64,000 nt of DNA from Alphaproteobacteria bacterium. Lineage in GTDB: Bacteria > Pseudomonadota > Alphaproteobacteria > UBA828. The notes under the pieces are model-generated. The model did no database searches. It worked only from the letters and a program-made list of their open reading frames with translations, and was not told the origin of the DNA. The stretch is taken from NCBI GenBank assembly GCA_965237415.1, contig CBDEFM010000002.1, positions 2,848,001 through 2,912,000 on the forward strand. Reading direction: 5' to 3'. This document shows positions 40,600 through 49,465 of the stretch, piece after piece (the first letter of the stretch is position 1; each line of letters starts with the position of its first letter). The translations under genes were made by a program, and so were the position numbers.

Positions 40600-41568
40600 C
40601 TACCAGCCGCGCGCCTGCTCGATGATGCGGACGTTCCGGAGCCCGTCTTCGGCACTGACCGCGAGCGGCTCACCGCGGGCGACGGCGCGAGTGACGCTCT
40701 CCGCCTGGGCCTTGTAGGTGTCGTGGCCGGCGAGGGGCACGGTGCGCGGCTTGCCGCCCTGGCGCACTGTGGTCACGGTTCCGGGAATGCCGACGAAGCC
40801 GCCCTCGATCCGGCAATAGCCCTCGCTGCCGAGCAGCTCGATGCCGCCGCCGCTGGTGACCGCGACGGACGCCGAGATCGTGCCGACCGCACCGTTCTCG
40901 AAGCCGATGGTGAGGAAGGCGGTGTCGGCCGAGCGCCCGTAGGCCTTGTTGGAGAGGTGGGCGTGCACCGCCTTCGCCTCGCCGTTGAACCAGCGCAGCA
41001 GGTCGATGAAGTGGGTGCCGACATCGCCGAGCACCCAGCAGCCGGAGGTCTCGTCGTCGAGCCGCCACCAGTCGTCCGGCACGTGCGGATAGCGGTAGTG
41101 GAACTGCCCGTGCATGTGCACCGGCGCGCCGAAGCGGCCCGCCTGCCACTGCTCGCGGAACTTGCCGAGCCTCGGGTGGTGGCGGCTGTTGTAGCCGATG
41201 GTGAGCAGGCGGTCGGCCTTCCTGGCGGCCCGGATCATCGCCCGGCACTCGGCCTGGTTCATCGCCATGGGCTTTTCGCAGAGCACGTGCTTGCCGGCCT
41301 TGAGCGCCGCGATGGCTTGGTCCTTGTGCAGGTGGTTGGGGCTCGCGATCCACACCACGTCGATCGCATCGTCGGCGAGGAACGCACGGATGTCGGTGTA
41401 GCCCCGCGCCACGCCGTGGCTTGCGCAGTAGCGCTCGGCGTTCGCCGCAGTCGACGAGAGAACCGCGTTGAGCCTGGCGCCCCGCGCCGCGTTCACCGCA
41501 GGGCCGAGGATCATGTCGCTCCAGCCCCGCGTGCCGATCATGCCCCAGCCGACCGGTTTCGCCGCCAT
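40600..41568 (-). CDS. Gfo/Idh/MocA family oxidoreductase
   Basis: IASPNHLH, GKHVLCEKP, DVGTHFID. Confidence 0.92.
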   Translation of the reverse strand: MAAKPVGWGMIGTRGWSDMILGPAVNAARGARLNAVLSSTAANAERYCASHGVARGYTDIRAFLADDAIDVVWIASPNHLHKDQAIAALKAGKHVLCEKPMAMNQAECRAMIRAARKADRLLTIGYNSRHHPRLGKFREQWQAGRFGAPVHMHGQFHYRYPHVPDDWWRLDDETSGCWVLGDVGTHFIDLLRWFNGEAKAVHAHLSNKAYGRSADTAFLTIGFENGAVGTISASVAVTSGGGIELLGSEGYCRIEGGFVGIPGTVTTVRQGGKPRTVPLAGHDTYKAQAESVTRAVARGEPLAVSAEDGLRNVRIIEQARGW

Positions 41569-41618
41569 GCTCCCCTCCCCTGTCCGGACCCTTCGAGAGC
41601 GATCGTACCACGCGCCGC

Positions 41619-41664
41619 CCCCACCTCTCCCCGGCCCTCTCCGCCCCCAGGGGCGGAGAGGGAG
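41619..41664. repeat. REP-like palindrome
   Basis: CCCCACCTCTCCCCGG followed by CCCTCTCCGCCCC-CA-GGGGCGGAGAGGG; related half-sites at 39097-39120 and 39229-39256. Confidence 0.6.
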
Positions 41665-41701
41665 AGCAAGCCGGTGCCGCCTGCGTCCCCCTCCACTCTA
41701 C

Positions 41702-41791
41702 CCGGGCCGCAGGCCCGGACGGCGCGACCGCGCCGCGCGCGTCAGCGTGTAGGCAAGCGAACGGAGTGAGCGCCCGCCGTTGAGGGAAATC
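41702..41791 (+). repeat. Dispersed multi-hairpin repeat, copy B
   Basis: CCGGGCCGCAGGCCCGGACGGCGCGACCGCGCCG...ACGGAGTGAGCGCCCGCCGTTGAGGGAAATC. Confidence 0.85.
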
Positions 41792-41875
41792 AAAAAGGCC
41801 GGGCCGCATTGACCGGCCGCGGGCGCAACCCATAGAGTGTGCGCCCTTCCCACCACCGCGCGCCCGACGCCCCCG

Positions 41876-43075
41876 ATGAAGGCCCTCTCGGACATCGTGA
41901 TGCTCGACCTGACGCATATGCTGTCGGGGCCGTTCGCGGCGATGCTGCTGGCCGATCTCGGCGCCCAGACGATCAAGGTGGAGCCGCCGGGCACCGGCGA
42001 GATGACCCGCGGCCTGCTGGGCGACGATCCCCGTTACTCCTACAAGGGCATGGGCCCGTACTTTCTCACCCTCAATCGCAACAAGAAGAGCGTCTGCATC
42101 GACCTGAAGCAGCCAGACGGGCGCAGCCTCTTTCACGAGCTTGCGGCCAAGGCGGATATCGTCGTCAACAACTTTCGCCCCGGCGTGACCGAGCGGCTCG
42201 GCATCGACCACGCGACACTCAGTGCGATCAATCCCCGCATTGTCACCTGCAGCGTGACCGGATTCGGCGAAGAGGGTCCCGACTGCGACCGCACCGCCTT
42301 CGACGTCGTGGCCCAGGGCTATGGCGGCGGGATGTCGATCACCGGCGAGGCCGCGGGCCCGCCCATCCGCGCGGGCGTGCCCATGGGCGACCTCTCAAGC
42401 GGGCTCTTCGGTGCGGTCGCCATGCTGGCCGCGCTCCATGCGCGCGAGGTGACCGGGCGCGGCCAGCATATCGACCTCTCCATGCAGGACTGCCAGGTCT
42501 CGCTCCTCAGCTATATTGCGGCGATGCACCTGCTTTCTGGCGAGGTGCCGCGCCAGTTCGGCAACGCGCATCCGATCTACGTCCCCTACAATGCGTTCCC
42601 CACCAGGGACCGCTGGCTCATCATCGCCGTCGTGAAGGACGACCAGTGGGCGCGGCTCCGGGACGTGCTGGCGAGCCCGGCCCTCGACGATGCCCGCTTC
42701 GACGGCTACGAGGGCCGGCGCGACAACCGGGAGGAGGTGGACGGCGCCATCACGGAAGCGCTCGCGGCGCGCGGGTGCGACGAGTGGCTGGAGCGGCTGC
42801 GCGCGGCCCGAGTGCCCTGCGGGCCCGTGAACGACGTGGCCCGCGCGCTCACCGACGTGCAGGTGCAGGCCCGCGACATGGTGGTTGAGATCCCGCACCC
42901 GGAGGGCGGCTCGTTCCGCACCACCGGCAACCCGATCAAGCTGAGCGAGACACCCGGCGAGAGCTACGATCCACCGCCGCTCCTCGGCCAGCATACGGAC
43001 GAGGTGCTGGCGAGCCTTTGCGGCAAGAGCGGCGCCGATCTCACGCGTCTGCGTGAGGCCGGCGTGATAGCCTGA
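41876..43075 (+). CDS. Class III CoA-transferase (CaiB/BaiF)
   Basis: LSGPFA.MLLADLGA..IKVE, NRNKKS, NFRPGV, catalytic-Asp region PMGD, PPLLGQHT. Confidence 0.95.
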   Translation: MKALSDIVMLDLTHMLSGPFAAMLLADLGAQTIKVEPPGTGEMTRGLLGDDPRYSYKGMGPYFLTLNRNKKSVCIDLKQPDGRSLFHELAAKADIVVNNFRPGVTERLGIDHATLSAINPRIVTCSVTGFGEEGPDCDRTAFDVVAQGYGGGMSITGEAAGPPIRAGVPMGDLSSGLFGAVAMLAALHAREVTGRGQHIDLSMQDCQVSLLSYIAAMHLLSGEVPRQFGNAHPIYVPYNAFPTRDRWLIIAVVKDDQWARLRDVLASPALDDARFDGYEGRRDNREEVDGAITEALAARGCDEWLERLRAARVPCGPVNDVARALTDVQVQARDMVVEIPHPEGGSFRTTGNPIKLSETPGESYDPPPLLGQHTDEVLASLCGKSGADLTRLREAGVIA

Positions 43076-43104
43076 TCCGCACGTAAGACGGAAGGAAGCG
43101 AGCG

Positions 43105-44019
43105 ATGGGCGACGTCATCACCGTGCACGAGGTGGGACTCCGCGACGGGCTCCAGAACCAGCCGCGCGTTGTGCCGACCGAGGGCAAGCTCCGGCTCCTC
43201 GACGCGCTGCTCGACTCAGGCCTCCGCTCCGTCGAGGCCGCGAGCTTTGTCTCGCCCAAGGCGGTGCCGCAGATGGCGGACGCCGCGGCGATCTTCGCCC
43301 GGCTGCCGCAGGATCGCGGCGCCGGGTACGAGGCGCTGGTGCCGAACGAGAAGGGGTACGAGCGGGCGGTGGAGGCCGGCGTCACCACGGTGGCGCTGGT
43401 GCTCGCCACCACCGATACCTTCAACCGGCGAAACATCAACATGTCGCTGGACGAGGCGATCCGCGTCAACGAGGCGGTGATCCGCCGGGCGAAGGCGGAC
43501 GGGATCCGTGCCCGCTCCTACCTCTCGGTGGTCGCCGCCTGCCCCTACGAGGGCGTGGTTCCGCCCGAGACGGTGTTCGATCTTGCCGCGCGCATGTTCG
43601 ACGCGGGCGCCGACGAGCTTGCGCTTGGCGATTCAACCGGCGCCGGCACCCCGCCGCAGATGGCGCACCTCTTCGAGACGCTGGCCCACCGTTACGGGCC
43701 GGAGCGCCTCGCCGGCCACTTCCACGACACGCGCGCGATGGGGCTCACGCTCACCTGGGTCGCCATCGAGTGCGGGATCCGGAAGTTCGACAGTTCCATC
43801 GGCGGCCTCGGCGGCTGCCCCTTCGCGCCGGGGGCCACCGGCAACCTCGCCACCGAAGATCTGGTGTTCATGTTGACCGAGGCTGGCTTCGAGACCGGCA
43901 TCGACGTGGGCGGCCTGCGCCGCGCCGTCGCCATCGCCGAGGAGCTGACCGGCCAGACCCTGGGCGGCCGGATCACGCCCTTCCTGGACTCGCGGGAGAA
44001 GCGCGCCAAGGCGCACTAA
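43105..44019 (+). CDS. HMG-CoA lyase-like (DRE-TIM) protein
   Basis: EVGLRDGLQN, SFVSPK.VPQMAD, HFHDT, GGLGGCPFAPGATGNLATED. Confidence 0.93.
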   Translation: MGDVITVHEVGLRDGLQNQPRVVPTEGKLRLLDALLDSGLRSVEAASFVSPKAVPQMADAAAIFARLPQDRGAGYEALVPNEKGYERAVEAGVTTVALVLATTDTFNRRNINMSLDEAIRVNEAVIRRAKADGIRARSYLSVVAACPYEGVVPPETVFDLAARMFDAGADELALGDSTGAGTPPQMAHLFETLAHRYGPERLAGHFHDTRAMGLTLTWVAIECGIRKFDSSIGGLGGCPFAPGATGNLATEDLVFMLTEAGFETGIDVGGLRRAVAIAEELTGQTLGGRITPFLDSREKRAKAH

Positions 44020-44477
44020 GCGGGGCGTCCTGCAGGCGGCCGACGCGTCTCTCGACTGATTCGGTGGGCGTCGCCGCAATAACGCTTGACTTTTCTTCCA
44101 TGTCAGATTAGTTAGTGCGTTATGCACTCGATGCATAAATGGTCGCGAGTCTTGGCATCAGGTTCTCCTGGGAGAGACTTTATCGCAACGGACAACAGCC
44201 TCACCACATCACCAGTGTCTTTATCTTTGTCATCCTTGTACCAATATTGCCGAGTGGCCGTGCGCCACGCCCGAAACCCTCTCCAGTTTCCGTTTTTCCC
44301 GTCTGCGCCCGGCTGACACCGGGCCCTGCATTCGGCCGCATCGGGGCAGATTCGCGCGCATTGCGTGTGACTGCCTGAGCGGACGAACCCACCAACGATC
44401 CTTCACCTGAAGTTGCCGAAGTACCGGGCAGCGCCCGGACCCGTGCGCCCTGACGCGCGAGGCATGACGGAGAACTC

Positions 44478-45860
44478 ATGACCCATTCGAGACGACAGTT
44501 TCTGGCGGCCGCCGCCGCCACATTTGGCCTGGCCGGGTGTGTCGGCCCCCATGTCGCACCCCATGGGCACAGCTCGTCCTACACCAGCCAATTTCTCAGG
44601 CCGCAGAACAGGAATACCGTCTTCCACTGGGTGGATGCGGCCTTGCAGCAGGTGCGCGACCAGAGGGTCCTGACGCCTCGCGCCGCGTACAACTATGGCT
44701 TGGCCACGGCCGCCGGATTTCTTGCCGCGAACGGGATCGTCCAGGCCTATGACGAGCCCTTCGGAATCGGCGCCGGCCCGCGCGGCGCCGATCCGGAAGT
44801 CGCCTACGGCGTTGCCTTCGCGACCGCGGCGGCAGAAGCCTTCCAGCAGCCCTTTTTCTTCGAGCGCATCGGCTTCCTGAACCGTTATCCCGGGAGCGAA
44901 GCCAAGTCGCTTGGCGTCGAGTGGGGCCGCGCGGCCGGCCAAAAAGTACTCGAGATGCGCACCCACGACGGGTCCGAGCCCAGCAAGGTCAACTACTATT
45001 TCGGGCGCTACGACAGGCGTACGGATTGTTTGCGCTGGCGCCCCACCGGCCCCTTCTACAGCGCCAGTCCGGGACCGGCGTTCGCCTCGTTCGATCGTGG
45101 CCTGTTTCCGGGCCATGGCCGGATCAAGCCCTGGACGATGACCAGCGGCGCGCAGTTTCGCGTGCCCGACTTCCACGATCCGGCCAGCCCGGAATTCGCG
45201 GAGGAGTTCGACATGGTTCGCCGACTGGGCGGGGCGGACAGCACCATTCGTACGGCCGATCAGTCGGAGATCGCGCTGTTCTGGGAAGACGGCCCCTGGG
45301 GCATCACACCGCCGGGACACTTCGTCTACATCGCCATGCAGCTGCTGCAGGATCGCGGTCTCAGCTTGATCGAGCTTGCCCGCGCCTTCGCCCTGATCGG
45401 CATGACGCTGTGCGACGCTTCCATCAGCGCGTGGGACAGCAAGTACTATCACGATATCGTCCGCCCCGAGAGCGCCATCTGTGTACGGGCGCCGGAGTTC
45501 GCCAATCCGGACCAGCGGGTGGCCTGCATACCCGGCTGGCGCAGCTACATTCCGACACCAGAATTCCCGGCCTACATATCGGGTCATTCCACCTTCGGTG
45601 CCACCGCCGCCGAGATGATCGCGCTGATCCTGGGCCGCGACGACATCGCGTTCTCGGGCCGCTCGCCCGACGCGGTGTTATGGCCGCAATTGGAGGGCGT
45701 CACACGGCATTGGGCCAGCTTGACCCGGATGGCGGAAGAAAACGGGATGAGCCGCCTCTATGGCGGCGTCCATTGGGCAATCGACCACAAGGAAGCACTT
45801 AAGGCCGGGCGTGCGATTGCCCGGCAGGCCTTCCATTCGACCTTCCCGAAGAAGGCCTGA
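44478..45860 (+). CDS. Vanadium-dependent haloperoxidase / PAP2-superfamily protein, predicted Tat lipoprotein
   Basis: SRRQFL then lipobox LAGC; KYYHDIVRP, PEFPAYISGH, SRLYGGVHW vanadate/phosphate-binding motifs. Confidence 0.88.
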   Translation: MTHSRRQFLAAAAATFGLAGCVGPHVAPHGHSSSYTSQFLRPQNRNTVFHWVDAALQQVRDQRVLTPRAAYNYGLATAAGFLAANGIVQAYDEPFGIGAGPRGADPEVAYGVAFATAAAEAFQQPFFFERIGFLNRYPGSEAKSLGVEWGRAAGQKVLEMRTHDGSEPSKVNYYFGRYDRRTDCLRWRPTGPFYSASPGPAFASFDRGLFPGHGRIKPWTMTSGAQFRVPDFHDPASPEFAEEFDMVRRLGGADSTIRTADQSEIALFWEDGPWGITPPGHFVYIAMQLLQDRGLSLIELARAFALIGMTLCDASISAWDSKYYHDIVRPESAICVRAPEFANPDQRVACIPGWRSYIPTPEFPAYISGHSTFGATAAEMIALILGRDDIAFSGRSPDAVLWPQLEGVTRHWASLTRMAEENGMSRLYGGVHWAIDHKEALKAGRAIARQAFHSTFPKKA

Positions 45861-45864
45861 AGCC

Positions 45865-46899
45865 ATGACAACCCGCAAGACCTTGAAACGCCTGCTCCTC
45901 GTAGTGGTCATGGCCGCCGGCTTGGCTATCACCGACCACGCCATCGGGCAGGACTTCTCCCTCAATTACGAACGCCTGTCGTCGCTGGAGGAACCCATCG
46001 CGACCGAAATCGGCGACGTGACGTTGGTGCTGAACGGTCTCCTGGATACCGCGTTGATCCATGACGCGGAAGACGACGGCAACACCGATGCGGGGCTGAC
46101 CGCAAATCTCCAGGTCAGCGCTCTGACGCAGTTGTCGAACCGCTGGCGGGTAGGGCTTCGCTATTTCGGCCAGTACGTCGCCGACGACAGAGCCGATATC
46201 GAAGCGAACGATGGCTATACGGACAACGCAGCACTCACGGTGGGTGGCGCCTGGGGCACCGTGCTGGGGGGCAACGTTTCCGGCGCCGTTCGCGAACAGA
46301 CGCGGCGCCTGCGCGGGGCCGGCAACGCCTCCTTGGCGTTCGACGATGTGCTCGGCCGACTCGAGGAGCGAAGCGTGGGCTATATCGGCCGCTTCGGGCC
46401 ATGGGTCGTCGGCACTGTGGTGGACGAAGACGGGAATTTCGATCTCGGGGGGATGTACCAGCGCCCGTTCGGTACCAGGGACTATCGGCTGACGGCGAGG
46501 GTCACCGCGGGCACTTACAGCCCTGAGGGCGGGCCCGGCCGGTTCGACACCTGGGCCGTCAGCGGGGTCGGCGAGCTCGTCTATGGCAGCATGTTGTTCG
46601 ACATCGGCGTGGGACACGAACGGTTCTCGCGGCGCGGCCCGGACATCGATCGCTGGTACGTGTCCTCGGGGGCCCGCTGGAAGACCGGTGTCGTGAGCGT
46701 GTCCCTCGAAGGGCACTACGGCCGCTTCGAGGCAGAGGACGAGGTTTCCGCCGCTCTTGGCCTGCAATACGATGTGGCGCGGGGACTGTCCGCAAATCTG
46801 GGGATCAACCACGCGAACGCCAGGGTGACCCGCGATGGCCTTGAAGTCGAAGAGGTCGAGGAAACGAAGACGGTCCTTTCGTTCAGGTACAGCTTCTAG
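45865..46899 (+). CDS. Outer-membrane beta-barrel (porin-like)
   Basis: Signal peptide, alternating amphipathic strands, C-terminal FRYSF beta-signal; starts 4 nt after the haloperoxidase stop. Confidence 0.75.
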   Translation: MTTRKTLKRLLLVVVMAAGLAITDHAIGQDFSLNYERLSSLEEPIATEIGDVTLVLNGLLDTALIHDAEDDGNTDAGLTANLQVSALTQLSNRWRVGLRYFGQYVADDRADIEANDGYTDNAALTVGGAWGTVLGGNVSGAVREQTRRLRGAGNASLAFDDVLGRLEERSVGYIGRFGPWVVGTVVDEDGNFDLGGMYQRPFGTRDYRLTARVTAGTYSPEGGPGRFDTWAVSGVGELVYGSMLFDIGVGHERFSRRGPDIDRWYVSSGARWKTGVVSVSLEGHYGRFEAEDEVSAALGLQYDVARGLSANLGINHANARVTRDGLEVEEVEETKTVLSFRYSF

Positions 46900-46980
46900 C
46901 CCGCACTTCTCACCATGGTCATGGTCTGCGCTGCGCCGTCGCGAACGCCGAGGAACCCACCGGCCAAAGCCCTGAACGGG

Positions 46981-47628
46981 CTAATCCGTGCCGAAGAGCC
47001 GGTCGCCGGCATCGCCCAGGCCCGGCACGATATAAGCCTTCTCGTTCAGGCACTCGTCGAGGGAGGCGGCCCACACCTCGACAGTTGCGTGGCGCTCGTT
47101 GAAGGCGCTCATGCCCTCGGGCGACGCAACCATGGCCATGAAGCGGACGTTGCCGTCGTCGATGCCGTTCCGGTTGAGCAGGTCGACCGCGTAGGACGCG
47201 GAATAGCCGGTGGCGAGCATCGGGTCGACCAGGATGAAGAGGCGGTTCGTATCCGCCGGCAGCCGCACGTAGTACTCGACCGGGCGGTGGGTCTTGGGGT
47301 CGCGGTAGAGACCGATATGGCCGAGTGGCGCGGTCGGCAGCAACTCCGCCAACCCTTCCGCCATGCCGAGGCCCGCCCGCAGGATGGGGACGATGGCCGG
47401 TTTGCGGCCGCGCAGGATGGGCGTCTCCATCGCCGTTAGCGGCGTTTCGATGGACGTCGAGTCCATCGGCAGGCCGCGGGTGATCTCGTAGCCGATGAGC
47501 AGCGCAATCTCGCGCAAGAGCGCGCGAAAGAGCGGCGTCTGCGTGGTCTTGTCGCGCAGGAAGCTCAGCTTGTGCTGCACCAGAGGGTGGTCGACCAGAT
47601 GGAGGTTGGGGAACGGATTCTCGCTCAT
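46981..47628 (-). CDS. upp: Uracil phosphoribosyltransferase
   Basis: HPLVQHKL..LRD, VPILRAGLGM, DPMLATG, YIVPGLGDAGDR. Confidence 0.97.
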   Translation of the reverse strand: MSENPFPNLHLVDHPLVQHKLSFLRDKTTQTPLFRALLREIALLIGYEITRGLPMDSTSIETPLTAMETPILRGRKPAIVPILRAGLGMAEGLAELLPTAPLGHIGLYRDPKTHRPVEYYVRLPADTNRLFILVDPMLATGYSASYAVDLLNRNGIDDGNVRFMAMVASPEGMSAFNERHATVEVWAASLDECLNEKAYIVPGLGDAGDRLFGTD

Positions 47629-47650
47629 GACGTTATAGGCTCACCTGGGG

Positions 47651-48244
47651 TCAGAGGTCTGCACGGCGCGTGCTTGCGTGGGGGTCGCCGTAGAGGGACG
47701 GGACGATCCAGGACATCAGCAGCCGGAAGGGGATCAGCAGCGCGGCCGCCATCCCAACCTTGATCGCGAAATCGCCGAGCGCCCACGTCACCCACGGCAG
47801 GCCGGTCAGCGCGAAGGCCGCGCTGAAGAAGATCGCTGTATCCAGCGCCGAGGCCGAGAGCGAGGAGACCAGCGGCGCCCGCCACCAGATGCCCCGCCTG
47901 AGCCGGTGGAACAGCGCGATGTCGAAGAGCTGCGCGCAGATGAAGGCGAAGCCCGAAGCAAGCGCCACGCGCACGCCCTCCATGAGCGGGATGTCCGCTG
48001 CCACCGCGAGCAGGATGGATAGCCCGATTCCGAAGGGGAGGCCCACATAGGCGACCGCGCGCGCGCGCGCCGGCCCGTGGGCGCGGTTGGTGAGGTCGGT
48101 CACCAGAAACGCGAGCGGGTAGGTGAACGCGCCCCAGGTCAGCCAGTCGTTGATCGCGTGCTGAACGGCGACGTTCGAGACCCCGATCACCGCCATCATC
48201 GCGGCGATCGGGAGCCACAGTGCCAGGGGCACGCTCGCCTTCAT
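47651..48244 (-). CDS. Queuosine precursor transporter (YhhQ/VUT family)
   Basis: SNVAVQ, TWGAFTYP.AFLVTDL.NR..G, ASG.AF..AQL.D, LDT.IFF. Confidence 0.88.
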   Translation of the reverse strand: MKASVPLALWLPIAAMMAVIGVSNVAVQHAINDWLTWGAFTYPLAFLVTDLTNRAHGPARARAVAYVGLPFGIGLSILLAVAADIPLMEGVRVALASGFAFICAQLFDIALFHRLRRGIWWRAPLVSSLSASALDTAIFFSAAFALTGLPWVTWALGDFAIKVGMAAALLIPFRLLMSWIVPSLYGDPHASTRRADL

Positions 48245-48252
48245 GGCTGCGG

Positions 48253-48281
48253 ACTATAAGGCCCGCGCCTCACGCGGCCAA
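48253..48281 (-). promoter_or_regulatory. Putative sigma70 promoter giving a (near-)leaderless transcript
   Basis: TTGGCC-N17-TATAGT, 8 nt before the ATG, with no Shine-Dalgarno. Confidence 0.5.
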
Positions 48282-48318
48282 CGCGCCGGGCACAAAGGGG
48301 GTATGACAAGCAAAGGGA

Positions 48319-48411
48319 CCGGGCCGCAGGCCCGGAGCGCGCGACTGCGCGCCGCGCCGAATAGCGCGTAGCCAAGCGAGCGGAGCGAGCGCCCGGCGCC
48401 TGAGGGATTTG
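48319..48411 (+). repeat. Dispersed multi-hairpin repeat, copy C
   Basis: CCGGGCCGCAGGCCCGGAGCGCGCGACTGCGCGC...GCGGAGCGAGCGCCCGGCGCCTGAGGGATTTG. Confidence 0.85.
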
Positions 48412-48418
48412 ATAGAGA

Positions 48419-48715
48419 TCAGTTGGCGGCGTTCGCCGCGAGCGCGTTCCTCACCTGGCGCTTGATGCGCCGCGCGTCTTGGGAGAGCCGGTCGTCCGAC
48501 GTTTTCAGCAGGTAGTTGTCGAGCCCGCCGTGCCGCTCCACCGTGCGGATGGCGCTCGTCGAGACCTTGAGCCGCACCATGCGCCCGAGCGCTTCGCTGA
48601 GCAGCGCCTTGTCGTGCAGATTGGGCAAGAACCGTCGGCGGGTCTTGTTGTGGGCGTGGCTGACATTGTTGCCGGCCAGGACGCCCTTGCCGGTCAGCTC
48701 GCAGCGGCGTGCCAT
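48419..48715 (-). CDS. rpmB: 50S ribosomal protein L28
   Basis: [33 protein letters not shown]. Confidence 0.98.
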   Translation of the reverse strand: MARRCELTGKGVLAGNNVSHAHNKTRRRFLPNLHDKALLSEALGRMVRLKVSTSAIRTVERHGGLDNYLLKTSDDRLSQDARRIKRQVRNALAANAAN

Positions 48716-48745
48716 GGTTCGCGCTCCGTGGAGGATAGAGCGGGC

Positions 48746-48774
48746 TATTTAGAGGGAACTTGTATTCCGGTCAA
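48746..48774 (-). promoter_or_regulatory. Putative sigma70 promoter of rpmB
   Basis: TTGACC-N17-TAAATA. Confidence 0.5.
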
Positions 48775-48827
48775 GCGCGCGCATAAGCGCGCGACCCGGT
48801 TAAGCGCACTGCGTTGCCTGCCCCGCT

Positions 48828-48855
48828 CTTGACCGCGCGCCATGAATACCCACAT
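48828..48855 (+). promoter_or_regulatory. Putative RpoH (sigma32) promoter of hslVU
   Basis: CTTGAC-N15-CCCACAT upstream of a known heat-shock operon. Confidence 0.5.
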
Positions 48856-48901
48856 GGTGCGGCGCGCGATCAAGCGCCGGATGTGGGCGCGGCAGGAGGA
48901 C

Positions 48902-49465
48902 ATGACCGAGGAAGAACGGCGGGGCGGGCCGGTGTGGCATGGGACGACCGTGCTCTCCGTCCGCAAGGGCGGGACGGTGGTCGTCGCGGGCGACGGCCAG
49001 GTCACGCTCGGGCAGACGGTCATCAAGGCGAACGCCCGCAAGGTCCGGCGCCTCGGCGAGGGCGGCATAATCGCGGGTTTCGCGGGCGCCACGGCCGATG
49101 CTTTCACCCTCTTCGAGCGGCTGGAAGGCAAGCTGGAGCAGCATCCGGGCCAGCTTGCCCGCGCCTGCGTCGAGCTTGCCAAGGACTGGCGCACCGACCG
49201 CTACTTGCGCCGGCTGGAGGCGATGATGGCGGTCGCAGATGGCGAGGTCTCGCTCGTTCTCACCGGCACCGGCGACGTGCTGGAGCCGGCGGACGGGCTG
49301 ATCGGCATCGGCTCGGGCGGGTCCTACGCGCTGGCTGCGGCGCGGGCGCTGATCGAGATTGAGGAGCTCGACGCCGAGGAGGTGGCGCGGCGCGCCATGG
49401 CCATCGCCGCCGACATCTGTATCTACACCAACACCGAAGTTGTGATTGAAAAGATCGAGGCATGA
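48902..49465 (+). CDS. hslV: ATP-dependent protease subunit HslV
   Basis: [10 protein letters not shown] (N-terminal Thr nucleophile after propeptide), [19 protein letters not shown]. Confidence 0.97.
   Translation: MTEEERRGGPVWHGTTVLSVRKGGTVVVAGDGQVTLGQTVIKANARKVRRLGEGGIIAGFAGATADAFTLFERLEGKLEQHPGQLARACVELAKDWRTDRYLRRLEAMMAVADGEVSLVLTGTGDVLEPADGLIGIGSGGSYALAAARALIEIEELDAEEVARRAMAIAADICIYTNTEVVIEKIEA

Noticed and set aside
39304-41769. 821-aa ORF across IS481 and the oxidoreductase
   Set aside because: Off-frame and antisense to two well-supported genes; typical high-GC stop-codon scarcity
48245-48418. preQ1 riboswitch upstream of the queuosine-precursor transporter
   Set aside because: No preQ1-like stem with A-rich tail; the space holds a promoter and repeat copy C
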